Notes: generated by a model from the sequence alone, not told the origin. A stretch of DNA of 64,000 nucleotides from Candidatus Saccharimonadales bacterium (GCA_035457485.1 DATIBO010000006.1:818659-882658); one strand, 5' to 3'; shown: positions 17,421 to 27,417, counted from the first letter of the stretch. Numbers and translations: made by a program.

Positions 17421-19169
17421 TTACCAGCCCCCTCCGCCGCCACCTCCACCACCGCCGCCCGAGAACCCACCCGAGCCGCCGCTGCCGCCAGAACTCGGAG
17501 GCGCGAAACTCGCAGCGCTCGCCGACTCGAAGCTCGAAAGTGTACTTGCAAAAACCACCGAGTTAAACGTCGTTGATCCACTATACCAGCTCGGCTCCTG
17601 TTCATATAAGTGCGCCAGTTGTTTTGCCCATTCCTTTTCAATCCCAAATAACATTGCGTATGGCAGTAGTCGTTCGTAAAGTTTTACTAATTGCTTTTTA
17701 TCGTCAACGTTTACTTTTTCGGTTAAAGTTCCTTGGGGACTTTGCAAAACTTTAATTCGCTCTGCTTCGGCCAGTTGCATGTACATTTTTAAGCCGAGCA
17801 AATGATCACGTTTTTCAACACCCAACGCAGTGCGTGCCGGCATCGTACCACTAGCAATCATTACAATAAGTCCCGCCAAAATTAATCCGATAGTCCATGG
17901 AACAAACACAAAACCCACGACCATCAGCATAGCTCCGACCACAATATACGGTGTTTTTGCCTTTTCAGGCGCGACCCTAAAGTAGCCTTTTGTCGCCAAG
18001 TTAGAATTTATATCTTTGCCAAGCTTTTGAACTTTAGTCGCCAAAGTTTTACTAATACTACCAAGCTTTACTTTGTCGCCTTTGCGCGGATTCTGACTAC
18101 CAAAAATCAAACTTAAAACCTCGCGCTCCTCTTTTGCGAGCTCACCATCTCTGTTGTATTCAATCTCGTAGTCTGTCTTGTGCCCAATCAGCTTATTCTC
18201 TTTGATTTCGTAGATTTTTATAAAATGGCGAACTGCAAGATCAATAATTTGCGCTGAGATAGCCTTTGATTCAAATCTTTCAGTTAAAAGTGCGTTGGAC
18301 TCCAAAACCGTAATATTCTTTGGCGGCAAATACTCCGGCACAATAATGCCTCTTCCCTTGGGGTCTCGACCGTAACGACGCCAATTGCGTACTACTATAA
18401 TTAGTGCTATAACCGGCGGAAGAACAACCACTGCCGCGATTGCAACCCACCTTAGAACAACTTTGGCACTTGGCTTATAAGCTACAAACGCATCAGAATT
18501 GAACAGCAGCGCAAAGGTTAGAGTTTGGCCAGCATCAAGAGCTGTATCACTCTTTACTGTAATGGTTTTACCACTTAAAGAGTCGTTCGTTGTTATATCG
18601 CAAAACTGATTGGTTTCTCCAAAACTACCAGTAAAACAAAATTTTTGGTCTTGCAGCTTAGCGGCAAGCTCAGGCGTTAAATGAACCCGAGCCTCAACAT
18701 TAGTCATTTGCTGCTGCCATTGATCGCCGTTGACATCCCAATATAACTCATCATGGTCATCTAAGTTTAGGGTAACTCCACGCATTAGATAACTAATTTT
18801 GTAGATCTGCTCTCCATGCACATATGTATCTGCCTCACCGATTTGCAAAACCAAATTACCATTTTCACTGTATGTCTCGTAGGGTACGTTCTGATCTTGC
18901 GCATTTTTAACGCTAATAATGCTAAGCTCTAGCCCATGGCCATCGTACGATTCAGGTATAGCTCGCAAAATTCCGTGATTTTGGTTAAAGTTTGGAAAAA
19001 TCGCCGTGATCCGCTCTTCTACCCTGAGTTCCGACACAGCTTCTTTGTCAGAGCTTAAATAATAGTCGGCCTCGAACCTCGGTATTTTAAAATCTTGAAC
19101 GTTTGCCGCAAAAACCCCTTGTGGCAAAGTTAATAAAATCACAAAGACTAGAGTAACGAGCTTTCTCAT
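17421..19169 (-). CDS. DUF2207-like membrane protein with Gly-rich C-terminal tail
   Basis: Signal/anchor sequence, a large extracytoplasmic N-domain, 3 TMs and a cytoplasmic domain. It ends in SGGSGGSGGFSGGGGGGGGGGGW. The family call comes from remembered architecture. Confidence 0.6.
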   Translation of the reverse strand: MRKLVTLVFVILLTLPQGVFAANVQDFKIPRFEADYYLSSDKEAVSELRVEERITAIFPNFNQNHGILRAIPESYDGHGLELSIISVKNAQDQNVPYETYSENGNLVLQIGEADTYVHGEQIYKISYLMRGVTLNLDDHDELYWDVNGDQWQQQMTNVEARVHLTPELAAKLQDQKFCFTGSFGETNQFCDITTNDSLSGKTITVKSDTALDAGQTLTFALLFNSDAFVAYKPSAKVVLRWVAIAAVVVLPPVIALIIVVRNWRRYGRDPKGRGIIVPEYLPPKNITVLESNALLTERFESKAISAQIIDLAVRHFIKIYEIKENKLIGHKTDYEIEYNRDGELAKEEREVLSLIFGSQNPRKGDKVKLGSISKTLATKVQKLGKDINSNLATKGYFRVAPEKAKTPYIVVGAMLMVVGFVFVPWTIGLILAGLIVMIASGTMPARTALGVEKRDHLLGLKMYMQLAEAERIKVLQSPQGTLTEKVNVDDKKQLVKLYERLLPYAMLFGIEKEWAKQLAHLYEQEPSWYSGSTTFNSVVFASTLSSFESASAASFAPPSSGGSGGSGGFSGGGGGGGGGGGW

Positions 19170-19179
19170 TGATCTAACT

Positions 19180-19314
19180 TTAACTAATTACAATTTTATA
19201 AACCAAGCCGCCTATAACCGCCAGACTTGACGACGCGAGTAAAAAGTAGATCCCCGTACGCCGCAACAAAGATATCCAACCTCGAGAACTATGTTCAGAA
19301 GAATGGTATCTCAT
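19180..19314 (-). CDS. Possible 44-aa small membrane protein
   Basis: My translation: MRYHSSEHSSRGWISLLRRTGIYFLLASSSLAVIGGLVYKIVIS. It has one hydrophobic helix and ends 10 nt before the DUF2207 start. It is below the ORF-track cutoff and has no clear SD. Confidence 0.25.
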   Translation of the reverse strand: MRYHSSEHSSRGWISLLRRTGIYFLLASSSLAVIGGLVYKIVIS

Positions 19315-19329
19315 TCTTCTTTAACTATA

Positions 19330-20610
19330 TCACATATTAACTATGCGATCCTGAATAATCCAAACTATAATTGCCACAGCGAGGCCTGCCATGGCCGGCA
19401 AAGATCCGATTTTTAAATACGTTTTTACATCGAGCTGTTTTAGACTACCCATTGCAACAACGCCAGCCGCGCTAGCAAAAATGAGCAGCGAGCCTCCCGT
19501 ACCAGTTGTAATTGCTATCAAACCCCAAAGTGACGGATCTGTAATCGGAAATACTTGTAAAGAAATTGCCATAAGTGCCGAGTTATCAACTATCCCCGAT
19601 GCCAGTCCAAGCACTGACCCTAAGAACACTATCCATTCGTGGCTTGGATTTGCGCCTACGGCAATACTCGACAAGTAAGATAGCACTCCTATAGACGTCA
19701 GTGCTCCAACGCTCAGCAAAATACCCATGATAAAAGTTAACGACGAAATATCAATCGATTGAATGATTTTTTCGATATTTGCAGACATGTGGCTTTCGCG
19801 TTTTGTAAACTTAGACTTCGCGAGCTCGATCAAGGCCCAAGTTATACCCAGGCCAAATAGTCGCCCAATAAACGCCTGTACCCCGATCGAGTTAAAAGCC
19901 AATGGCAAAATAAAGCTTATTAGCGCTGAGCCAATAATAACTTTCTCACTTAAACCAAGAGTAACTTTTTCATCTTTGTCGTGTTCAATAAAATCGGCAG
20001 GACTAAGCTGGCGATATAGTAAAAATCCGGCCGTTGCCACAAGTGCTGCAGTAGGAATAAATGCAGTAGATATCAGCTGCCATGCGGTAACTTTACCGCT
20101 AATCCACAAAAGTAACGACGTAACATCGCCAATTGGTGACCAGGCTCCACCACCGTTTGCCGCGATTACAACTGCTGCGGCTGCAATAAGTAAGTTTTTG
20201 CCCTGAAAGAACTTACGCGCCACCAGAATCATCGAGATAGTTAAACTAATGTTATCCAAAAAGCCGGACAGGAAAAAGGTCATTGCCATCATTAAAATGA
20301 ACTGACCCTTATCGTCAAGGTGAAGCTTCATTAGCTGCATTCTTATCCAGTCAAAGAATCTGTAGTGCGCTAGTATTTCGATCAACGCCATTGATGCAAG
20401 CGAGAACGCAACTACGCCTAAAACATCGACTGCGTTATGAGTTACAACCTCATCGAAGTGTTCGCCACCTTGAATTGCTGCAAGTAGCCATAAAATACCT
20501 GCCATTATCAGCGCTATGGCTGACTTATGAGTATTAAATCTCTGCTCAAGTGCAATCAAAAAATATCCAGAGCAAAAAACTAAAGCGGCTAGCGCGCCAA
20601 TTAAATCCAT
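19330..20610 (-). CDS. ArsB/NhaD-superfamily ion transporter (NhaD-type Na+/H+ antiporter-like)
   Basis: 426 aa and about 11-12 TMs, with overall similarity of pattern to NhaD/CitMHS-type permeases. The family call is moderate. Confidence 0.55.
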   Translation of the reverse strand: MDLIGALAALVFCSGYFLIALEQRFNTHKSAIALIMAGILWLLAAIQGGEHFDEVVTHNAVDVLGVVAFSLASMALIEILAHYRFFDWIRMQLMKLHLDDKGQFILMMAMTFFLSGFLDNISLTISMILVARKFFQGKNLLIAAAAVVIAANGGGAWSPIGDVTSLLLWISGKVTAWQLISTAFIPTAALVATAGFLLYRQLSPADFIEHDKDEKVTLGLSEKVIIGSALISFILPLAFNSIGVQAFIGRLFGLGITWALIELAKSKFTKRESHMSANIEKIIQSIDISSLTFIMGILLSVGALTSIGVLSYLSSIAVGANPSHEWIVFLGSVLGLASGIVDNSALMAISLQVFPITDPSLWGLIAITTGTGGSLLIFASAAGVVAMGSLKQLDVKTYLKIGSLPAMAGLAVAIIVWIIQDRIVNM

Positions 20611-20680
20611 GAGAGAATTCCTTTAAACTAAAAGTAACAATACTCCTAGTTGGGTACTCATGCAATACGTATTGTAATTA

Positions 20681-22228
20681 TTACCTCATACCGTCAGCAA
20701 CGTCTTTGGTAAAATCAATGTCGCTATAGATCGCTTTTGTAACTTCATCGGTTTCGCGGCGCAACTGAGGAAAAATCACACCTTCACGTGCCGTCACACC
20801 CTCTAACATCCAAAACAAACGTTCACTATTTCCGTACCCGCAGGCTGGCGGCATGGCATATTCAAGCGCCTCAACATAATCTATATCCATCATCATTGCT
20901 TCAGCGTCGCCGGCATCGCGCATCTGTTGTTGCTCTTTAAAGCGATCCAACTGATCGATTGGATCGTTAAGCTCGGTGTATGCCTTGCAAACTTCTGTGC
21001 CACCCAAAATTAAGTTAAACTGCTCAGTAAGCTCGGGGTGTTTAGGCTGGGTCTTAGCCAAAGGCTGCAAAAAGGTTGGGATATCCACCAAAAAAGCTGG
21101 ACCCGGCAAAGTTACGCGAACTTTCTTCCACAGCTTGTCAATTCCACGCGATCGATTTTCGGTCTTTTCAACTTCGATTTTATGTTTTTTAAGCTGTTCT
21201 TTAACTTCATCCAGAGTTGAACTAAATACATCTAGACCGTAATGATCCTTAATGATCTGTACAAAACTAATACGCGGCCAATCCTCGCCATCCAGACCCA
21301 AATCAACCTCCTGGCCGTTTGCAAGCTTAAACTGTCGCTTTCCCCAAGTTTCGTCAGCGACTTTTCGTACCATCGCCTCTGTTAGTTTCATGCCCATCTG
21401 CCAATCGGCGTAGGCCCAATACCACTCCATTGCAATGTGTTCTGGTAAATGTTCGTCGCTATAGTTTTCATTGCGAAAGCGCGGCCCGATATCAAAAACT
21501 TTTTCGTAACCGCCAACCAGTAAACGCTTAAGCGGTAGTTCGTGACTAATGCGTAGATAAAATTCTTGGTCGAGCGCTTGCATATGCGTTACAAACGGAT
21601 TAGCATCAGCACCACCGGTTGTGTTCTCGAGCACGGGAATATTAATTTCTACAAAACCTTCGCTCAACAAAAAGTTACGCGTGGACTGCCAAAAAGCACT
21701 ACGACGCAAAAATCGCTCGTACACATCCTGGTTAACATTAGTATCAACGTAGCGACGTCGCAAGCGTTCTTCTTTGTTAGTAAAACCCTCATTGGCGTTT
21801 GGTAACGGACGCAATGCTTTTGTAAGCAAGCGTAAAGATTCGACTTCTACCGAGATCTCGCCGGTTTTAGTTTTGCCGACATAGCCAGTGGCCTCGATAA
21901 AATCACCAGTGTCCAAAAGTGGCAACTGATCCATACCGAGCTGACTATTTTGGGCATCTAACGGTTTAATTTTAGTGGCACTTAAAAACAGCTGCAATGT
22001 TCCCGAAGCGTCTTTGGCAACTATAAACGCGATTTTGCCAAACTTACGTATATTCAAAATCCTACCCACAACAGTAACTTTTTTACCTTCAAGCTCGGTA
22101 AAATTATCTGTAATCAAGCCAAGCTCATGAGTACGACCGGCATGAGCAGGGTAAGGATTTACGCCGAGCTTTTTTAAGTCTTCAAGTTTGCGTATACGTT
22201 CGTCGCGAAAATCTTTTAGAGTTGCCAT
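20681..22228 (-). CDS. lysS: Lysyl-tRNA synthetase, class II
   Basis: N-terminal OB fold. Motif 2 is GPRFRNENYSDEHLPEHIAMEWY. Start chosen at ATG 22228 (MATLKDFRDE...), preceded by AAAGGTGAAG. Confidence 0.9.
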   Translation of the reverse strand: MATLKDFRDERIRKLEDLKKLGVNPYPAHAGRTHELGLITDNFTELEGKKVTVVGRILNIRKFGKIAFIVAKDASGTLQLFLSATKIKPLDAQNSQLGMDQLPLLDTGDFIEATGYVGKTKTGEISVEVESLRLLTKALRPLPNANEGFTNKEERLRRRYVDTNVNQDVYERFLRRSAFWQSTRNFLLSEGFVEINIPVLENTTGGADANPFVTHMQALDQEFYLRISHELPLKRLLVGGYEKVFDIGPRFRNENYSDEHLPEHIAMEWYWAYADWQMGMKLTEAMVRKVADETWGKRQFKLANGQEVDLGLDGEDWPRISFVQIIKDHYGLDVFSSTLDEVKEQLKKHKIEVEKTENRSRGIDKLWKKVRVTLPGPAFLVDIPTFLQPLAKTQPKHPELTEQFNLILGGTEVCKAYTELNDPIDQLDRFKEQQQMRDAGDAEAMMMDIDYVEALEYAMPPACGYGNSERLFWMLEGVTAREGVIFPQLRRETDEVTKAIYSDIDFTKDVADGMR

Positions 22229-22265
22229 ATTTACTTCACCTTTTTGATTATTATATCTGTTCCAA

Positions 22266-22305
22266 CAAAAAACCGCCACTTGGTTTTAAAGAGTGGCGGT
22301 TTTTT
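22266..22305 (-). terminator. Intrinsic terminator after greA (symmetrical A/T flanks)
   Basis: ACCGCCACT (22272-22280) pairs with AGTGGCGGT (22292-22300), flanked by an A-run on one side and a T-run on the other. Confidence 0.8.
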
Positions 22306-22317
22306 CGGTCGGATAGA

Positions 22318-22776
22318 TTATCCAATAGCTACGATACTATAACTTACCTCGCCACTCGGCGTTTTTATGCTGGCTTTGTCGCCCACTTTTTTACCCAATA
22401 ATGCCTGGCCAATTGGAGATTCGTCGCTAATTTTGCCTGCTAGCGGGTCAGCTTCAACAGATCCAACAACTGTATACTCAACTTTTTTACCGCTATCGTG
22501 TTTAAGCGTAACTTTGCTTCCAACGCCGACAGTGCTGCTTGTACGAGCTTTAATTATGCTTGCGTTTTGCAAAATATCTTCGATTTCAGCAATCCGGCCT
22601 TCTAGTTGACCTTGTTCGTTACGTGCTTCGGCATATTCAGCATTTTCACTCAAATCACCGTAGTCACGTGCATCGGCAATTTTTTGTGCAACTTCACCGC
22701 GACGAGCCTTAAGCTCTTCAAGCTCTTTTTCTAAATCTAACTTACCAGCAGCCGTTATCTGATAGGCTTTCTTCAT
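22318..22776 (-). CDS. greA: Transcription elongation factor GreA
   Basis: Signature GDLSENAEYAEARNEQ. Start chosen at ATG 22776 (MKKAYQITAAG...), preceded by GGAAAGAGAG. Confidence 0.9.
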   Translation of the reverse strand: MKKAYQITAAGKLDLEKELEELKARRGEVAQKIADARDYGDLSENAEYAEARNEQGQLEGRIAEIEDILQNASIIKARTSSTVGVGSKVTLKHDSGKKVEYTVVGSVEADPLAGKISDESPIGQALLGKKVGDKASIKTPSGEVSYSIVAIG

Positions 22777-22911
22777 ATTACTCTCTTTCCTAAATTGTCT
22801 CTTTAAAGATAATTGAAACCGGCTATCCTGGCCTGCGCCGCTTTTCAATCAACTTGACCAGTATAGCAACCTAGTTTTTTTGTTGCAAGTTCTTACCTAC
22901 AGGGTACACAT

Positions 22912-24333
22912 CTAGTAAGATTGCGCAAAAACCCATTTAGTTTTACTCGGTTCGCCTGTGTAAAAGTCGGTTCCCTCGCCTTCGCCGATCATACAGCGAC
23001 TCGACGCCTTGGTTTCTTCTTTGATTTTAGCTTCAATTTCTTTATTGTCGTTCCAATAGACTTCAATAAAGCCTTTGTCTTCTTGAGTCATAAGCTGTTT
23101 GAACTCTTCGTAATTTTTAGCAACTCTAGTTCGTTGCTCTACCAAAGTTTTTGCACCTTTAAGCATATTCTTTTGAATATCGTCTAAGCGGGATTCAACA
23201 GATTGAACGAATTCTTCAACTGTTATCGTCTCTTTTTTGCCGTCCCATCGACGAACAACGGTAACCTGATTGTTTTCAAGTTCGCGCTTGCCGACTTCTA
23301 TACGAATCGGTACACCTTTAACTTCCCATTTATTAATCTTAAACCCTAGGCGCTCGTCGTCGCGATCATCAACTTTTACCCTAAGACCTTTAGATTTAAG
23401 AGATTTCTCAAGGTTCCTGGAAAAATCAACCAGCTCATCATTTGCAATCACAGGCAAAATAACAATCTGGATCGGCGCAAGTTTAGGAGGTAGTCGTAAT
23501 CCGTTGTCGTCTCCATGAGCCAAAATCAAACCACCGATTGATCTAGTGGAAAGCCCCCAGCTAGTCTGCCAAACATATGCCTGTTCGCCGTCTTTGTTCT
23601 GAAAACTAATATCAAAGGCTTTGGCAAAGTTCTGGCCTAAATCATGCGACGTACAGCTTTGGAGTGCTTTACCGCTTGGCATAAGATGCTCAAGAGTTAA
23701 AGTGTCGTCAGCGCCCGCAAACCGCTCTGATGTAGATTTATGACCCTGATATCCGTAAAGTGCAAAATAATCTTCGTAAATTTGTTTATAAACGCCCAGC
23801 GCCCATTTTTGAGTTTCTATTGCCTCGCTGTGAGTCGCATGAGCTGTGTGGCCTTCTTGCCATAAAAACTCGCTAGTGCGCAAAAAGGGCATAGTACGTT
23901 TTTCCCAACGCACCACGTTACACCACTGGTTAAACAGAATCGGCAAATCACGCCAAGACTGCACCCACTTGCTAAATGAATCGTTGATAATTGTTTCGCT
24001 GGTTGGGCGAACCACTAAAGGCTCTTCGAGTTTTTCACCGCCGCCATGCGTTACGACCGCAAGCTCCGGCGAAAAACCTTCAACGTGATTCTTTTCTTTT
24101 TCCAAGAAAGACATTGGAATAAACAATGGAAAATATCCGTTTTCCACGCCGTGCTCCTTGAACTTTTCGTCTAAGGCTTTTTGGGCAAGCTCCCAAATCG
24201 CGTATCCGTAAGGCTTAATGATCATCGATCCCTTACTTGGACCGTAATCAGCTAAGTCGGCTAGTTGAATTAGCGTTGTATACCAGTCCGAAAGATCACC
24301 AGTTTTTTTAGGAAGTAATTTTTTTTCACTCAT
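22912..24333 (-). CDS. proS: Prolyl-tRNA synthetase, archaeal/eukaryote-like short type
   Basis: 473 aa with no bacterial INS editing insertion. It has RPTSET and ends in ...FAQSY (C-terminal Tyr). Confidence 0.85.
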   Translation of the reverse strand: MSEKKLLPKKTGDLSDWYTTLIQLADLADYGPSKGSMIIKPYGYAIWELAQKALDEKFKEHGVENGYFPLFIPMSFLEKEKNHVEGFSPELAVVTHGGGEKLEEPLVVRPTSETIINDSFSKWVQSWRDLPILFNQWCNVVRWEKRTMPFLRTSEFLWQEGHTAHATHSEAIETQKWALGVYKQIYEDYFALYGYQGHKSTSERFAGADDTLTLEHLMPSGKALQSCTSHDLGQNFAKAFDISFQNKDGEQAYVWQTSWGLSTRSIGGLILAHGDDNGLRLPPKLAPIQIVILPVIANDELVDFSRNLEKSLKSKGLRVKVDDRDDERLGFKINKWEVKGVPIRIEVGKRELENNQVTVVRRWDGKKETITVEEFVQSVESRLDDIQKNMLKGAKTLVEQRTRVAKNYEEFKQLMTQEDKGFIEVYWNDNKEIEAKIKEETKASSRCMIGEGEGTDFYTGEPSKTKWVFAQSY

Positions 24334-24446
24334 ATAAGTTCCAAGATTAAGTTGTAAAAGCTAGTTTAAAACAAATTTACCGGCAAGCCGGAATCTGGGG
24401 TTTGTAGCTTAAAACAAATTTCATATCTGTCAACATAATACCACAC

Positions 24447-25172
24447 CTAGCTAACCTTAAAAACAAACAACAGCAAAAAAGCTACTGAGTTTTTAAATAC
24501 ATGCAAAAATATAGATGGCCACAGACTGCCGCTTTTTTCGCGGATGAAACAACTGATCATACTCATTACGAAAACATCTATAGCCACATTTAGTTGCCAG
24601 TGTGCTGCTGCAAAAAAAACACTCACCAAGACGGCAGCAAACCAAAATGGCAGTTTGTTGCGAAAACCCGTAAAAATTAGGCCTCTAAATAAAAACTCTT
24701 CGGCGAATGGCGTTAAAATTACCAATACAAAAAATGTCAGTAGATATTCAGCACCGACCAAATTCGCAAATCCAACATCTTGGGATTCCTCCATGTTGAT
24801 CGGAAAAAGCAAGCTCATCACGCCCAAAAACAAAATCGAAAGCGGCATGTAGGCTAAAAATGCCAAGCCAGCGGTCTTTAGGTATTTGAGGTTAAAATCA
24901 CTAAAACCGATCGCTTTAAAATCTAATTTATAGAACTTTAGAACTGCTGCGACGCCAGCTATAAGCAAGAGTTCATAAATAAGCGCAGCAATGAAGTTTT
25001 TAAAGTTACCGCTAATGTCTAGCTGCGTGACTAAAGGGGCGATAAATGCCAGTACTACGGCTGGGGCCGTAAAAATCAACACTCCCCAAAAAAGTGCACC
25101 GGCAATTCCCAGCTTTCGCTGTTTTGGACTTGACGCAACGTCTTGTGATTTTTTAGAAGAATCGTCTAACAT
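24447..25172 (-). CDS. CPBP-family intramembrane glutamic endopeptidase (CAAX protease/Abi-like)
   Basis: Motif 1 is EEFLFRG, motif 2 is FAAAHW, and there is a later H (FLHVFKN). Multi-TM. Confidence 0.8.
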   Translation of the reverse strand: MLDDSSKKSQDVASSPKQRKLGIAGALFWGVLIFTAPAVVLAFIAPLVTQLDISGNFKNFIAALIYELLLIAGVAAVLKFYKLDFKAIGFSDFNLKYLKTAGLAFLAYMPLSILFLGVMSLLFPINMEESQDVGFANLVGAEYLLTFFVLVILTPFAEEFLFRGLIFTGFRNKLPFWFAAVLVSVFFAAAHWQLNVAIDVFVMSMISCFIREKSGSLWPSIFLHVFKNSVAFLLLFVFKVS

Positions 25173-26235
25173 CTACAACTGTCACAACCACAATTAAAAC
25201 CATCAGGAATATAAATCCGCCTGCCTGAAAAGCTTCTTCTCGCTCTTTGGTAAGTGGTTTATTTAACGCTTTAAAAACTAAAGTCACAAACAACCGACCA
25301 CCGTCTAGTGCAGGTATTGGCAGCGCGTTCATAACAGCAAGTGTTAGCGAAATTACTCCTATTAAGAATAGCACTGGAACTATACCTGACTCGCTACTAT
25401 CTTTTAGGATGCCGAAAATTCCAACCGGGCCCGCCACGCTTGCACCAGCTGTAGCAAAATCGGCTTTAAATAAGCTTTTTACTACATCAAACAAACCCTT
25501 TATTGTTTCGTAGGTAAACTGAACGGTTACCCCTACGCCGACAATTGGCGCCGACCAAGTAGATCGCTGCGCAGTTTGCGTAGTTGGGGCAACACCCAAA
25601 TAACCTTGATCTGTTTTTTCGGCATTAAGTGTGGCTTCCGTTTCATTTATTTGGCCTTTGCGCTCATAAACAATTGGAACGGTTTGGCCAGCGCTAGCCT
25701 TTGTTAAATCTGTAAGCTGAGCTTCGGACGTAACAGTTTGGCCGGCGACACTTTTAATAATGTCACCCGATTGCAGGCCCGCCTTTGCCGCCGGCGAATC
25801 GTCCAATACCGCTACTTTTACATCAGAACTAACTACTACGGTGTCTGACGGGATTGTAAACTGATTTGGAAAAACTTTAGGAAGACCAACCAACGCCAAA
25901 ATAGTGAAGATAAACACTGCAACAAGCCAGTTTATCGCAACTCCGGCAAGCAGAATTTTGGTTTTCGCCCATAGAGTTGCGCCGCCGTACGTGCCATCGC
26001 CACTAGCTGCGTCATGTTCACCTTTTAACTTTACAAAGCCGCCGATCGGCAGCCAGTTAATGCTAAAAAGAACGCCATTTTTAAGCTTTTTAGCGAATGC
26101 TCGGGGTGGAAAACCAATCCCGAATTCTTCTACCTCGACACCGTTACGTTTAGCGGCAATAGCATGGCCAAGCTCGTGTACGATAATAAGCCCCACGAAT
26201 AAAATCAAACCAAAAATAAGTAATGCAATTTCCAT
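25153..26235 (-). CDS. rseP: RIP site-2 metalloprotease RseP (M50)
   Basis: HELGHAIAA (HExxH), an internal PDZ-like segment, and NALPIPALDGG. Confidence 0.85.
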   Translation of the reverse strand: MEIALLIFGLILFVGLIIVHELGHAIAAKRNGVEVEEFGIGFPPRAFAKKLKNGVLFSINWLPIGGFVKLKGEHDAASGDGTYGGATLWAKTKILLAGVAINWLVAVFIFTILALVGLPKVFPNQFTIPSDTVVVSSDVKVAVLDDSPAAKAGLQSGDIIKSVAGQTVTSEAQLTDLTKASAGQTVPIVYERKGQINETEATLNAEKTDQGYLGVAPTTQTAQRSTWSAPIVGVGVTVQFTYETIKGLFDVVKSLFKADFATAGASVAGPVGIFGILKDSSESGIVPVLFLIGVISLTLAVMNALPIPALDGGRLFVTLVFKALNKPLTKEREEAFQAGGFIFLMVLIVVVTVVDVRRFF

Positions 26236-26311
26236 TACAGCAATTATAACTGCTGGGAGCCAAAAACAAAACAGTTAGCAAGGTTGTCCTGGCGGCCGGC
26301 TTTTAACCGTC

Positions 26312-26866
26312 CTAAATTGTCATAATTTCTTGCTCTTTGGCCTTCGCAAGAGTATCTAACTTAGTTTGCGCGCTAGCCATGGCTGCGTCGAGGGATTTTT
26401 CCGCTCGTTTGACATCATCTTCGGACATTGCTTTGGCGTCTTTTTGTGCTTTCGCGTCTTTTAGCGCATCATGACGAACGTTGCGCATAGCCACGCGGCA
26501 ATCTTCGACTTTTTCGCCAAGCTGTTTAACAATTTGCTGGCGACGCTCGGTGGTAAGCGGCGGCACGTTTACACGCACTACTCGCCCGTCATCCGACGGA
26601 TTAAAGCCAAGACTCTGGTCGTCGCGAATGGCTTTAACGACAGCTTGTAAATTCGCCATGTCAAATGGCGAGATCTGCAAAAGTTGTGGTTCTGGCACTG
26701 TTATGGTCGCCACCTGGATGAGCGGCATTTTTGCGCCGTAGGCTTCTACCATGATGCCATCAAGCATTCCAGGGTTAGCGCGGCCAGTGCGGATTTTTTT
26801 AATCTCGTCTTCAAAATGCAACAAAGCTAGTTGCAAGCGTTCTTCGTATTTTTTAGTATCAAACAT
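26312..26866 (-). CDS. frr: Ribosome recycling factor
   Basis: MFDTKKYEERLQLALLHFEDEIKKIRTGRANPGMLD... is typical of RRF. I start it at ATG 26866. The track ORF start at 26950 lies inside the GC-rich foreign segment. Confidence 0.9.
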   Translation of the reverse strand: MFDTKKYEERLQLALLHFEDEIKKIRTGRANPGMLDGIMVEAYGAKMPLIQVATITVPEPQLLQISPFDMANLQAVVKAIRDDQSLGFNPSDDGRVVRVNVPPLTTERRQQIVKQLGEKVEDCRVAMRNVRHDALKDAKAQKDAKAMSEDDVKRAEKSLDAAMASAQTKLDTLAKAKEQEIMTI

Positions 26867-26973
26867 AATTTTATAATAACAGAAGTAAAACTTTTTGGCA
26901 TGCGAAACCCCCTGAGGGGCTCCTGCATCTCGTGAATTCAGGCCCATCATGGGGGTTTGTGTTGGTACTTTGT

Positions 26974-27357
26974 TCAGATCTTCTTCGGGTTGGCGGTTGC
27001 GACCCAGGCGATCATCGCCAGCAGGCTGTGCACGATGGCGTAGCCGGTGGTGATGCTCACGACCTGCGCCACGTTGAGGTAGCCGTCGATCGTGAACGCG
27101 AAGGCCAGGATGTTGATACCGACCGTTGCGAAGAAAAGGTTGATCACGTTGATCAGGAAGTCGTCTCGGGTGAAGACCCGCTTGGACGTGCTTCCGATGA
27201 GCTCCTGGGGCAGAGCGCGCATAGTAGCGCGGTACGCAAAGAAGCCGGCGCTGAGAATCCCGAAGACGGCCAGCAGGAACGCCATGCCACTCATCTGAGG
27301 AGCATCGACGCCGAATGCCGGGTCGTTACCGAAGGGGTTCGTCGCGAGAACGTTCAT
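26974..27357 (-). CDS. Hypothetical 3-TM membrane protein, ~127 aa, compositionally foreign (high-GC island 3)
   Basis: GGAG (27366..27363) lies 5 nt before ATG 27357; the track start at 27363 is a GTG. Three hydrophobic helices: GMAFLLAVFGILSAGFFAY, FLINVINLFFATVGINILAFAFTI and VVSITTGYAIVHSLLAMIAWVA. A 165-aa antisense shadow ORF is present. Confidence 0.7.
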   Translation of the reverse strand: MNVLATNPFGNDPAFGVDAPQMSGMAFLLAVFGILSAGFFAYRATMRALPQELIGSTSKRVFTRDDFLINVINLFFATVGINILAFAFTIDGYLNVAQVVSITTGYAIVHSLLAMIAWVATANPKKI

Positions 27358-27417
27358 GATCACTCCAAAGTACGTGGTTCTGCCGATTGGCAGGCCGTCT
27401 TTTTGGACGGTAATGTA

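Noticed and set aside
17336-17647. GC-rich spike and 103-aa ORF at the 3' end of the DUF2207 gene; possible fifth foreign island
   Set aside because: The GC richness is fully explained by Gly, Ser and Ala codons of the C-terminal tail in the 582-aa frame. The 103-aa ORF is an out-of-frame overlap.
24366-24425. Direct repeat TTAAAACAAATTT (x2) flanking a CCGG-CTTG-CCGG hairpin in the proS upstream region; considered as a second T-box or a mobile-element scar
   Set aside because: There is no T-box core (UGGUACC) or specifier-like elements. It is most simply a weak terminator for the upstream CPBP gene in AT-rich DNA.
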